DNA of 61,625 bases, filler included. It is 14 parts of 14 records of this genome, joined end to end, with 100 filler letters (N's around TTAATTAATTAA, not from the genome) between each part and the next. Parts side by side here need not be neighbours in the genome. Positions count along the whole stretch, not along the records: positions 9,493 to 12,664 come from SRR15195285_7732; positions 12,765 to 18,213 come from SRR15195285_7734; positions 18,314 to 23,566 come from SRR15195285_7735; 11 more parts are not named here. The stretch is one strand, 5' to 3'. Position 1 is the first letter of the stretch. The number at the start of each line of letters is the position of its first letter. Shown piece after piece: positions 9,613 to 21,169 of this stretch. Made by a program: the position numbers and the translations under genes. Under the pieces are notes generated by a model, which ran no database searches, was not told the origin of the DNA, and saw only the letters and a list, made by a program, of their open reading frames with translations.

Positions 9613-12600
9613 CTATTCATTCCCGCCGCCGAATAGTAGCCCGGACCACAAAAGCAACGCATTGTTGTTTGGTAGTGGGCCGGGGACCTCCATCAGACGG
9701 AGGCGAGACGGCAGCTGCACCTCCCAGCTCAGATATGCGCCTTCGGTGAAATTCGATACGTACCTGCGCTCCAGCGAATAAAACTTGAGCGGAACAACGG
9801 TAAAAAAGGATGCAGGATTCCAATACAAAACCGTCAGCGATCAAGAAAATCATTCGTCGGAGTAAATACTGTGTGGGCGCTGCGAGCTGCAAGTTGTCGT
9901 ACCTGCTCCAGTGAGTATAAACCTTGGGATTAGTTTAAATATTGCAGGATTCCAACACAAAGCTGACCATCCTGTGGCCAAGAGAATCAAGTCGTCGGAG
10001 TAGGTACTCGCGCAGCTCGACAGCCATCCTACGCCCCTGGCGGTCGAAGTCAACCACATATAGGCTAATGTTGTGCTTGCCACTGCCGCCAATATCAATT
10101 GTTGCCACAGTGCCTCCGACGACTCCGCCAAGCGCGCGGCAACTGGCAGCGGCTCCGCCAGTGGGCGGCTGCAGCGCACGGCGGTCGGAAGAGCAGTTCG
10201 CAAAGTTTGGTCTGCCCGCCTTGCCACGTACACCCGTGTATGGCGTGTTGATGTGAACGCCTGTGACATATGCCGGTAGCTGCTGGTTGTCCACGGAGGC
10301 AGCCTGCCAGCTCCAAAACAAGTGACCGTCTACTCCAAAGTTTTTGCGCCAATCACCACCACTGGTGTAGTCCGCCCCGACGAAGCGATCGCGGTATGAC
10401 GGCTCGACCGCCATTACAGCTCCTGCAGCGGTACCGCCACCAGTACTCGTCGCACTGTCCGCCAGCGTAGACGCCGTAGCAAACGCGATCGTGAAACTAT
10501 GGCTACCAGACCTCAGGTTGCGCACCAGAAGTGCATCGTCTCCCCATTCCAGGTGCGCAACCGGCGTCTCGTCCACTTGTAGCGACACTGCCTTCGCACC
10601 ACACAGCGGTAGCGCAACAAGCTGCGCCATGGTGCCTGGTGGCACATCGAGACTGCTCGTCCCATTGCAAGCAAAAAATGCGCAAATTTTTGTGTCGTCC
10701 TTCAAAGTCTGAACCCCATGGATCGAGCTCAGCAGGTTGGGTGTGACAGGATCTAAGAAGGGCGTAACACTGAAGTTCTTCCATCCTGGTGACTCCGGTT
10801 TTAGACCAACCACGTGGTGCGTAAGCCATGGCGCAACCCCGGATGCCCACGGATGGCAGTGAGACATGTAGCCAGTCTGTGAATTTGGTGTTGCCTCGCC
10901 GAACGAGAATAAAGCGTTCCACTCAGCTGAGTAGGTTTCCCAGTAGGTCGTCGCACCGAGTCGATTCATGCCGTGAAAACATCGCCGAACCAATGCCAAC
11001 GCGGCACGCATTGATGCCTTCCGCCCGCCGTCCAGCCGTAGGCGCGATATTGACTCCAAAATGAAGTAGGTGTTAAAGGGACTGAAACTACATATGTGCG
11101 CCGGATTGCTGAGCAAGCTATCGTATATCTGCTGCTCTTCGGCAGGAGTCGTCAGGCCAGTCAACACAGCATTCGTCGCGGCGTGCATTCCGTAGCACTC
11201 TGTATAAGAGTCGTTGCAGGCAGTTGATATCAATCCTCGCTCTCGTTCGAAATAGCCTGTCAGCGTTTCATTAAGAGCACTCGCACCAGAACGCATCGAA
11301 GCGCTGCATGCGGTACCACAAAGGGCTACAGCCCGGGCGTATTCTCGGGCTGTTTGAATCGAGAGCATTTTGTAGTATCTTTCTTTCTCGGCTTCGGAAG
11401 GCGGCGAGTGCTCAAAGTCAGCACCGATCCGTGAGTCGCTGCCACAGAAGTTCTGTACCTTGGGCTTCGCCCAAAATGCCACCGAGGTGGCAAATTTTTT
11501 CTCAATCAACGGAGCCCAAGAGGTTAGCGATGCGACGTCATTGCTGTGCAGAAAGTAGTCTACTGCTGAGAGCACGAAGTACATGTCGTAGGAGATGATC
11601 CCATTATCCGTGGTCTTTGTGCGATCGGTATTCCTCTGCACGATTTGGGTTCCAAAAGACCCACCAAACGCAGCCAGCGAAGCTTTCTGTGCCAGGTGTG
11701 CATCGCCAGTCCAGCTGATGCGATCTCCCCGGTCCATCAAGATGCTGCCAAACCCCGCAGTGCCAGCGTACCGGATGGTAGCGACACGGGTGGTGTAAAT
11801 GGCAGAATACCATACTTCCTCTAGAGCCTGGGCTCCACTGCCAGGTTCGGCGTCCGTCGCAGGTGGCGAGCCACGCGCTTCAAACGCGTGATCTGCGTAG
11901 TTCATCGGTATCGCTTGACACACCGCCGTGAAATTTGACACGGTGAACTTGAACGCCTTGCTTCCAAGACTTTGGACGTGGAGCCAGCCGTACCGCAGGC
12001 CCTCGTAAAGCTCGTTGTTTAGGGCAAGTTGGTACCGTCCAGGAGTACCCGAAACAGCTCGCACATCTTTCGTGCAATTGCCATCGTTGTTCTCGCCAGT
12101 AGGTGTCGTGTACTGAGGCAACGTATACTCCGACGATGAGAGCGCAATTGAGACGGTGCTTCCAAGCTGCGCTCCTAGATCAGCTGAGTCGAACTCTAGC
12201 CAACCGGCACACTCCGTTCCGTAATCAAACGCAATCGATCCGGCTCCTGTCACGACCATTGCTCCGACCACAGAGCTGCCGTGGAGCAGCGAACTGGCAC
12301 CATTGATTGTCGGCGGTATCTGTTTGCTGAGAATTCGCCGTGGCTGGCGTCGGTACTGCTGAAAAGATTGGTTGGCGATGGCAGCGGCATTCCAGCGGTA
12401 GGTCACAAGTGGATCTGGTGAGGCTGGCGCCGCAGCTCCAATGAAGGCCCCACCAGAAAGCTCCGGATAGTTGAGAAAGGGCGGTTGCTTTCCAGGAGGC
12501 GCCGGCGGCGGGGCATCGGTGCAGCCTTTGCTCCCAACTTTACACCATGTGTTCCCCGCTGCCTTGTCGGGCCGGTCTGTCCAGATGATGGCGTCACAGG

Positions 12601-12664
12601 CAGTAGAAACGATGCCCGTGGCGGTGTTGGTAGGGCTATAGACGAGAGAGATGCTCCCGTTCTT
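9613..12664 (-). CDS. Alpha-L-rhamnosidase-like glycoside hydrolase (GH78), 5'-partial, two 3' introns
   Basis: Motifs DRGDRISWTGDAH, GATTYWE and SHCHPWASG. The frame is open to the contig edge at 12664. Removing introns 9903-10007 and 9764-9869 completes the C-terminus ELRE-YDNLQLAAPTQ-YVSNFTEGAYLSWEV...GGGNE*. Confidence 0.9.
9764..9869 (-). mobile_element. Introner-like element / intron copy 2 (106 bp)
   Basis: Minus strand reads CA|GTAT-TTACTCCGACGA...TGGAGCGCAG|GTAC. It shares TACTCCGACGA, TGATTyTCTTG, TTTGTrTTGGAATCCTGCA and CTGGAGC with copy 1. Confidence 0.72.
9903..10007 (-). mobile_element. Introner-like element / intron copy 1 (105 bp)
   Basis: Minus strand reads GA|GTAC-CTACTCCG...TGGAGCAG|GTAC. 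It has a 4-bp direct repeat GTAC, imperfect terminal inverted repeats, and homology to the neighbouring intron. Confidence 0.75.
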
Positions 12665-12764
12665 NNNNNNNNNNNNNNNNNNNNNNNNNNNNNNNNNNNN
12701 NNNNNNNNTTAATTAATTAANNNNNNNNNNNNNNNNNNNNNNNNNNNNNNNNNNNNNNNNNNNN

Positions 12765-13132
12765 TGTCACACGAAGAAGGTGGCGATGGCAGCACGTGTG
12801 TCGTGGGGTGCATTGGCCTGCGAATGAGTAATGACTGCGCTACGTTAGACCGTCTTGCAGTTGTTGAGACCTGGCGCCGCCGCGGGGTTGCCCGAGCATT
12901 GGTGGAGGCTGCGCAAGCGCAAGCTGTGCAGCAACACAGGATGCATGCCGAGACGTTCGTCACGCCTGCACCTCTGCGTATGTTTGCGACAACCGTTGAC
13001 GCTGACGCGCGGGCTGCAGCCGTGGCCTTGTGGGGGCACATGGGCTATAGTGAAAGCGATCCTCGGCGGCAAATTGGCAAGAAAGGCGCGCCCCTTGCGC
13101 TAGTTAGCTTCGAGAAGCAGCTCAGCTCCTGA
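12765..13132 (+). CDS. GNAT-family N-acetyltransferase, 5'-partial
   Basis: VVGCIGL...LDRLAVVETWRRRGVARALV (motif A) and AAVALWGHMGY (motif B-like). Confidence 0.8.
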
Positions 13133-13581
13133 GGCAGTGTGGACAAACGGACCTTCAACGCTCTGATCCTGCAGCCGCAAATGCAGGCGCATTCCCATGT
13201 GCAGTTGCCAACATACAAAACGTTTGCCAAGCCAGCAAGCGCCGAGCGCCCACTGCGTGTGTGCCAGGGCAGCTTGCTTGCGGCCTTATGCCCGGTGTCA
13301 GTTCCAAAGGTTGGTTCCATTCAGTGGGCACACGATGCCCGACTCGTAAACAACTTGACATTCCTGCCACTATGAGCAAAGGTGGCTTTCCACAGAGCCC
13401 CGATTATAATTATTGGATATCGGCTCGAAAACGCAGCCGGGTGCGTCCACCACTCGCAAAGCCGCAGACGGCTACAACGGGAGAATTCGGTGGGCTTTGC
13501 CGCTTATCATTGGTGCCCCCATCAAATTGTGCCTGGAATTGTTGAGATCGTGGCGACGCGTACGCTAGGGCATTGGCACCC

Positions 13582-14024
13582 TTAATGCATGCCTCGAATG
13601 GCACTTCGTTCTTCCTCTTGCTGCGCCGCAAAGCTGTTGAATACTTGCTCGAGCGTCGTTTGAGTTACTGAGTACTCTTGGACCATTAACGCATCTCGTT
13701 TGGCCTCCAATCGCTCGAAGATCTGCGAGAGGTGCCAACTCGCTCGCTCTTGATCTGTTGATCACACTCTCCAACAGCGGGTTGAGTTCGACAGCGCGGG
13801 ATAGCAAAACATAAATTCTGCTCATGCTGTTCGGTTAGTGTGCCCTCGAACTCCTCCTCCATGAACTTCTTCAGCGCCAACGCAGCATTCTGCAAGATGA
13901 ACCAGCCGATCAGGAACTCACCTGAAACGAAACCATTGGCCTGCATCGCGTGGTACAGTGTGGCGCCACCAGCATCGCTATCGTGGACAGTCTCCGCGTG
14001 CGCAGGGTTGCCGAGCCGGCGGCA
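13582..14024 (-). pseudogene. C-terminal remnant of an ABCA-type transporter
   Basis: Ends HLSQIFERLEAKRDALMVQEYSVTQTTLEQVFNSFAAQQEEE, the typical ABCA tail. Preceded by KKFMEEEFEGTLTEQH in another frame and by an in-frame TAA. There is no room upstream for an NBD or TM domains. Confidence 0.6.
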
Positions 14025-14615
14025 TTAATTAGACGATTTTTTCAGGCCTGTTTTTCCTGTCTCTCACCCTCAAAGCTGCCATAGTTGCATCGCTTCAGCT
14101 CCTACCACTCGCGTACCTGATGAGTGGCAGCGTTGAGAACGATGACTCTCTTCGAACGGCTCGCTGAGAATTGCGTCGATAAATCGATAGACTAGCTTTC
14201 CACCCCAGCCACCACCCTCGGTCTCGGCCCCCAAGAACTTCAGTTCCCACGCGTGTGGGTTCAGCTGCTTAGCCACGAGTGCTGCGACCGGGGTTTGGAA
14301 GCCACAAACATACTGATTACTGTACACTGTAGTATCAAAAATTGTAAATTGCCGTACCGGGAACCAATTTGCTGTACCGCGCCAGTCCGGCCAGCCGAGG
14401 TAGACTACCGGTAAGTATGTACGCACGCGAATGTGTGGCCGACGCGTGACGGATCGCGACCGCGGCGGCACCGCGCCGGGCCTGCTGGCACGCGCACCGG
14501 CCGGCCCGACACGTGCGCGGTGACTCTCTGCTGGGCCACGCGCGAGGCGCCCGACGACAGCAGCGCGGAGAAGCGGGCACCTACCAGCAGGCGTGAGATT
14601 CTCAGATCTAAGCAC

Positions 14616-16374
14616 ATGCTCCGTATGGTGCGGCACGGCGCCCTCCTGGTGCTGCTGCTTGCGTTGATGGTCGCGGATCCGAGCAGCGCTGCCGACCGCG
14701 AGACGATTCGGCAGCACATCGCGACGGCGCTGGCGCTGAAAGACTCCAAGAGCTGGGACGACTCGATTGGGGAGTTCCGCAAGGTGTTGACAATGAGGAG
14801 TGCTGCCGATGATTCCACTTGGGCCGAAGCTACAGATGGAATGAACGCTCTCTGTCACGGTCAGTACACGTGTTTGCCACCTGATGATTGTCTGGGCAGC
14901 TGCCCACGATCGGGCATATTAGCCAGCATACTCACGACTCCGCTTGTGCTGTCGGTGCTGCGCAGCGCTGCGAGCCTCTGGCTTCACACCACCGAGGGAT
15001 ATTGACCAGTTTTACAAGTGGGACGAGCCCCCTAAACCGCCTCCACCCCCACCTCCACCTCCGCCCATCAACGAAGCTTTTGCAGGCCTCAAGGGGACTA
15101 CTTGGTTTTGGAACAACTGGAGAGACGTCACCTTCGCCTGTGACGGGTCGTTTGATGCCCCCACGCCAGACTGTCGTGCTGCTGGGCGATGCTACTGGTG
15201 GGCTGACGCCGATAATCTGTACATTCAGTGGGGTGACGCTGGACGCCACACAGCATCCAGGCCACAAGGGCAAACTGCTCACGCCAAGGACTGGCGCCAC
15301 CTCAGCGGTCGTCGAGATCGCGACAGTGACCCCTTCAGCGCAAGCTGGCGAAGCGCAGATGAATGCCCCGAGGACTGGTATGCTGTTCTCGGGGTAGATC
15401 CCACAGCAACGGCGACACAGATCAAAAAAGCGTTCCGATCACTCTCGGTTTCATTGCATCCAGACAAGCCAGGTGGCGATGCATCAGCATTTGCACGAGC
15501 TGGTACCGCATATGAAATCTTAAGCGATCCAGATAAGCGATCTGTGTATGACAAGCAGGCTGGCTACAGACAAGATGCAAAGCTATACTCGGAAGAAGCG
15601 TCGGTTGTGAACTCCATGGATGCAAAGCAATTCAAAGTGAAGGACCCACGCGCAATTCACATCGTCGACTTTTATGCGCCCTGGTGTGGCCACTGCCAAG
15701 AGCTAGCGCCACACTTCCGGCGTGCCGCCCTCGCGTTCGAGAACCAAGAATCTACACAGGCAGAAGGTGGCAACAGAATGGTGCAGTTCCATGCCGTCGA
15801 TTGTGACGAGCAGAAGTCACTTTGCCAGCACGTTGGGGTAAGTGGGTATCCATCGGTTCGTCTATATCGACCGTCAGATGACTACGAAGAAATTTACAAC
15901 GGTGAACACAATCCAGAGGCCATGGAGCAATGGGTGCATTCCGTCCAAAACAGCAAGGTTGCACGCCTAAGCAGTAGTGAGTTTACCACCAAGGTACAGG
16001 GTGGCAACAAAGAACTCAGGACCGTGTGGGTGGTGGATTTCTCCGCTGGCTCGTGGTGTGGGCCGTGCACGATGTTGCAGCCAGCCCTGCGCCAGGTCGC
16101 AGAAGAACTAGACGGAGCCGCAAGCGTTGCTGTCGTAGACTGTGATCGCTACAGGGCGCTCTGCGAAGCGCAAGGAGTGACTGCGTATCCAGCATTGAAA
16201 TATTATACTTCACACGGACCAAGAAACGGAGAGTCGATCGGCAGCAAATCGGGTGGAAGAGTAGACCACAGCACTGTGCTGACGTTGTGGGCACAAGGAC
16301 TAGCGGTTGGGCTGAAGGCGTGTGGTGCAGAATTGCTGCCGAGTGGCTCTTACAAGTCTAAGGCAGACCTTTAG
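14616..16374 (+). CDS. ERdj5/DNAJC10-like protein: signal peptide, J-domain, two thioredoxin domains, KADL end
   Basis: Signal GALLVLLLALMVA; intron 14860-14965; J-domain DWYAVLGV...LHPDK...AYEILSDPDKR; active sites WCGHC and WCGPC; C-terminal KADL. Confidence 0.88.
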
Positions 16375-16518
16375 CGTCGCGATGCATGGTTGCGTGCATG
16401 GACCACTTGCAATCAATTTGACTGCCGGACGGTATAACTATGAAATGGATTCCATTATTTTGGAAGAACGTTACATTGGTTCCCGACTAGCCGCACTATC
16501 GGCCTGTTCGTTTTTGAG

Positions 16519-18213
16519 TCAAAGCAGTACATCGTAACTGCTCCCCTCTGCGAGCTCCGCCGCAGGCACTGAATCCTGCTCAGCTTCTTGTTTGCCGAAT
16601 GCTCGGCGCTGCGCGACATCCTTCCGTACCATCTCGAGTGCATCGCCAAGACACGCCTTGCAGACACCATACATGTTTGCATCCAACGTTAATACGAGCA
16701 TCACGGGGGCAATGAGCAACTTGCGCAGCAGGGAGCCAAATATCACGGCCAATTAGATCATGCTTACCGTTTTGACTGCAAGATCGACAGGGCATGGCCG
16801 GTGCATATGCACACGTGGATGCGCTGCACACTTGCATTTGCGCCCAGCGGCCTTCAGACGAAAAGCCGCTGTTGGAGAGACGCCACCGCTCCTCTCCTCA
16901 TCAACACCGTCGCCACTGCAAGGAACCACTGAATCGTACCCCATGGCCGGTTTGTCATTAATCTCCAGCAAATGTGGCGTGGCATCTTTGTCCACGAGTA
17001 CATCAAATCCAAACAGCTGGAAGCAATCACGATGGGTCGCGACACGTTGTGCCTCTGTAACTGTCTCTGCCTTGTCTCTGAGGTTGGTTGCCAGCGCCCC
17101 AACCGCTTGTTTCAGCATAGCGCAGATTTCGTTCCATAGCGCCTTGGTGTTAACGTTGTGTTCACTCTCGAGTTGCGCAAAAACATTGCTGAGAGTGCGC
17201 TTGCTGCCCACTGTGTCTTCTGGCACCAGGGCTTCCTCTTGCGCGTGTGTCTCAGGCTTGACCTCATCGTGGGCGTTGGTTCCATGCTGATAGCCAGGAT
17301 CGAACTTGTTTACTGCGTAGTTGGTTAAGTGCATCCCGAGCGATGCTGAGTTGGATGAGCTCACAGGTTCATAGTCAACTGTGCAGCAGCGTACCAGTGC
17401 TTCTCTGCAGACAAAGACACGTAGTGGTTGTAAGCTGAGAATGAGTACGTAGAGGCGCAGGTCAAACTTCTTGCCCCCGAGCAGCATCGGCTCGTTGATG
17501 TATCGCTGCACGATTGCACTTCTCTCGCCATGGGGTTGCTGCAATGTTGACCTGCGCCGTTCCAGACTCTCGGGAGATGTGATAAGATATATCCCGTCGC
17601 CCTGATGGCCACCGTCTGGTTTCAAAATCAACGGGCCTGATTTGAGCGCCTTCTGAAACTCGGTGTCTTGTTCTTCTTTAGGAAAAACCCAGCTCGGAGG
17701 GTACCAGCTGCTGCTGTTGTGTCGGTCTACTTTGTCGCAGCTTTGTGTGCGCAGTAATTCAGTGAATGCGACTTTCTTGCACATATCAACCGCACCAGGG
17801 ATCCGATTCACTCGCTGATTGGGCTTTTTCAGCTCAAGTATCCGTGCTGCGTCCTCTGCAGTCACTACCCAGAACGCTGAGCCCCGCATCTGCGCACCAG
17901 CCTTGCCAGGGGCTGACTTGCCATCGTGGAGAGTCCATCCCGCTCGTGTGTCACCCAAAGTGTTGAGCATCGCGAGAGTCCCACCCTTCGCTGCGCTAGT
18001 GTTGATTACAAATGTACCAGTGGCAGTCTTTCCCTGTTTGTCAAGTGCTGCAGTCTGTGCGCGTCCGGGCTTCTTTTGTGCTGGGTCGGGATTTTGATCC
18101 AGATGGGCTGTTTCTACTGCACTTGCGTCAGGTGACACAGGCTCAGCACTAGTAGCTGCAGTAGCGCCAGCAAACGTCTTGACACCGAGCCATTTCCCAG
18201 GTGTCGGTGCCCC
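16519..18213 (-). CDS. Tubulin-tyrosine-ligase-like (TTLL) enzyme, probable polyglutamylase, 5'-partial
   Basis: ILKPDGGHQGDGIYL, VQRYINEPMLL, KFDLRLYVLI, HLTNYAVNK, FQLFGFDVL and LLEIN. Probable intron 16657-16767. Confidence 0.9.
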
Positions 18214-18313
18214 NNNNNNNNNNNNNNNNNNNNNNNNNNNNNNNNNNNNNNNNNNNNTTAATTAATTAANNNNNNNNNNNNNNNNNNNNNNNNNNNNNNN
18301 NNNNNNNNNNNNN

Positions 18314-18342
18314 CACCGGGCATAAGGCCCTTATGCCCGGTG
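18314..18342. repeat. Dispersed palindrome CACCGGGCATAAGG(C)CCTTATGCCCGGTG
   Basis: Related copies lie at 23543-23566, 37441-37464 and, as a half-site, 13282-13300. Confidence 0.85.
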
Positions 18343-18625
18343 TGAGTGGGATACCTGTACAAAATATTATGTGGGCGAACAATCACTTGTGAAGTGTTAG
18401 CGGTTGCGTCAAGGGCAACCACCATTTGATACCCCGGGCGGGCAACCGCACTTCGCCGTTGCACATCATCAGAACATCGCACCCCGTCGCACCAGGAATG
18501 AGGCCTCCGTGCTTGATCTGACGTCGTAGCTCAGCTTCAGCGGTCGCCATAACGAGTCGTTGTCGTTGCTCGGCTTCAACACACGTCCCTCTGATGGGCA
18601 GCTGAGGCCGGCAGCTGAGGTGCCG

Positions 18626-20212
18626 ATGGCTGACGCTGCTGCCGCCGAGCGGTCAGCGAAGCAGCGCGAGGCCGCGGCGACGGAGGAGGCGAAGAATGCG
18701 AAGAAAGAGGCGAAGCGCGAGGCTGCGCTGGCCGAGGAGGAGCGGCAGCGAGAGATTCAGGCGCAGTTGAGGCAGCTCGCAGAGGAGGAGGCTGCTGCGG
18801 CGGCGGCAGAGACGGCAGCGAAAGCAGAGGCCCTCCGACAGAAGACGCTCGACGCGCAGCCATTCAACTTGAGCATCGCAAAGCGGAAACGACTCGGTGG
18901 CGAACAGCGCCCATGCATCGGCATCGCGTCGCAGATTGTTGTGCGATCGCGTCCGCAGGACGGGAAGGAGTACGACGACCCTTCTGGGTGCCGCTTAGTG
19001 CCCTTCGACGTGTCAGCGGTGGCCGAATACCTTGGATTTCCGCTGGACCAGTGGCCTGGCCTTGCCGCGGTGGCAAAACTGGCGCTGCTTGAGAAGCTTC
19101 CGGAGGGCGACACGACCGTCAGGCTGAGCGGCGACGGCGAGCTCGGTGTGGTGCTCGACAAGTCCAGCGCACCGCCGTGCAAGATTAGCGCCGTGAAGGC
19201 CGGCAGCCTGGCAGAACAGGCTGGCCTACAGCCGGGCTGGCCAGTGGTTGCGGTCAACGGAAGAGGGGTGGAGTCTAAGGAGCACCCGGAAGTCAGCGCT
19301 GCACTGGAGGGTGTGGGTGTTGTTCGGCCGCTAACGGTGACCGTTCGACGCGGTGGTTGGAAAGAAGTCGACCCCCAAAGCCAGGCGAAGCTTCCCGGGT
19401 GGCAATCTGATGCTGATGGGGCCGCGGTAGCGGCATCAGGCGCGTTCGGCTCCAAGCTGGTGTACTGGCACCAGCACACTGGCAAGGTTCTGCTGCAGCA
19501 CCCACGTGATGCGTTCTACAGATACCTGTTGAAGGTCCTGCTGGAGAAGAATGAGTGCCCATTCGAGCCATCAATCATGCAGTTCAACGTAACTGACTCG
19601 GTGGAAATTGAGTCGAGCTTCTTCTTCGAGTTCGCCACCAACAAGACGATGGTGCTTGTGGACGTGCTCGCCGAGGCCGACGCCTCGACGCTCACCACAA
19701 AGGACGGCGTGGTCAAGGCAAACAACGTCATTAACGACGCTTGGACGCAAGCGCTGGTTGAGCAGCTGACACCAGAGGTGCAGCGTGCAGCTGGTCAAGT
19801 GATCTGGAGAGGATACGCTTACTGGCGATCACGTCAAAAGTGGGTGTTCCTTGCTCCACTAACGCGAATTCGCCGGAACATCCTAATCCGTAGGCTCCAG
19901 CTAGCTGTGCGACGTCGCTGGTTGCGTCTGGACCTGAGGGCGTGGGAAGATAGGCGGCTGCGGAAGCACTATTACCGGATCTGGTGGCAGCAAGCGATAA
20001 AGAGTGAGACATTTGCGCACTCGCTGCACAAGGTTCTTGCAACCAAGTACGTGGCCAAAACGGCAGCAAAAGCACGGAGCCCGGTCGAGATAGGCGACCT
20101 CCGGCTGGACAAAGAGGGGCAGCGGCTGATGGACACTATGCGCGCCACCCTAATGCGAATGGAGCAACTCCTGGTGTTAGAGGAGGACACATCAATCGGT
20201 TCCGTCGGCTAG
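18626..20212 (+). CDS. Coiled-coil protein with CEP164-like WW region, PDZ domain and IQ-like motifs
   Basis: EK/EA-rich N-terminus; AEYLG..L...PGL..VAKLALLEKLPEG; PDZ GELGVVL...ISAVKAGSLAEQAGLQPGWPVVAVNG; GWKE...YWHQHTGKVLLQHPRDAFYR; IQ-like RLQLAVRR. Confidence 0.7.
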   Translation: MADAAAAERSAKQREAAATEEAKNAKKEAKREAALAEEERQREIQAQLRQLAEEEAAAAAAETAAKAEALRQKTLDAQPFNLSIAKRKRLGGEQRPCIGIASQIVVRSRPQDGKEYDDPSGCRLVPFDVSAVAEYLGFPLDQWPGLAAVAKLALLEKLPEGDTTVRLSGDGELGVVLDKSSAPPCKISAVKAGSLAEQAGLQPGWPVVAVNGRGVESKEHPEVSAALEGVGVVRPLTVTVRRGGWKEVDPQSQAKLPGWQSDADGAAVAASGAFGSKLVYWHQHTGKVLLQHPRDAFYRYLLKVLLEKNECPFEPSIMQFNVTDSVEIESSFFFEFATNKTMVLVDVLAEADASTLTTKDGVVKANNVINDAWTQALVEQLTPEVQRAAGQVIWRGYAYWRSRQKWVFLAPLTRIRRNILIRRLQLAVRRRWLRLDLRAWEDRRLRKHYYRIWWQQAIKSETFAHSLHKVLATKYVAKTAAKARSPVEIGDLRLDKEGQRLMDTMRATLMRMEQLLVLEEDTSIGSVG

Positions 20213-21169
20213 GATGGTGGTGCCACACACGCTTATGCCTTGCGCATAATTATGACAACTAAGTATATGAGCAAGCGCCTTCCTTGTGGACCCCCGATAT
20301 ATCGGGATTCCGACACACAGGGTACCGCGACTACAAGGTTTGAATTCTCAGCGAATCGCTGGCGCTCCTATACAACAGGGCATCAGATAAGGCCTTGCAG
20401 AGGCGCTGAAAGCAATTGCGTTGCTCGTACTTTGCTGAATAAACAGCCACGAGAAATTGATGATGAACAAACACTCTCTGAGAAGAGAGAGATATACGGA
20501 GTTTCAATATAGTCACCGTTGTTAATCTCTCCCCGCCGAGAGAGTACGCATCCGTCGTGGATCCGGTGCTGTCCTGTGGCCGCCCCAGGTGCAAATACCT
20601 AGACGTAGAAGCTTCTGATGGACTTCTAGTGCCCTATATTTCTCTTTGTCCGAGGAGCGAGGAGTTTCGTCTCCGTACACGGTGACTTTGGTAAGCGAAT
20701 CCAACCCGGAACCACAACCAGGCTACTGGCAAGGGTCAGGCTGCTATGGTACTCAGTTAGTATGTAAATTTGTATGGTGGGGAGGTGCAAAACCGATCTC
20801 ACGAACCAGAGGCAGAGCTCCGTTTGGAGATCGGAAAACTGGAATTTCCATGGGCGCGGGATTTCCATCCAGCAAGCACACCAACGCTGCTATGGTACAC
20901 AATACAATGTAAATTTGAGTGGGTATAATACGCCCAGAAATTAGGTACCGGTACCCCGGGAAGTGCATGAAAAATACTGCTAGCTTCGGATTCTGCAGGG
21001 GATATACTATTATATGCATGATAGCTGTGCGCGCGCGCGCGGGCGGGCGGCGCGTGCGTGCGCGCCCATGGCATGCCTGCATGCCGGCCGGCGCGCCGCG
21101 GGGTGGCGGGATTGCTGCACCTGCGTGGTGTTCGTCGTGCGTGAGATACGTATAGCTTGACGCCCACCG

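Noticed and set aside
9935-10007. ORF-track C-terminus of GH78 (YLLRRLDSLGH...)
   Set aside because: Read-through into an intron. The spliced product continues the domain to 9613.
20240-21000. Short ORFs, possible decayed transposase
   Set aside because: No recognisable motif and no consistent frame.
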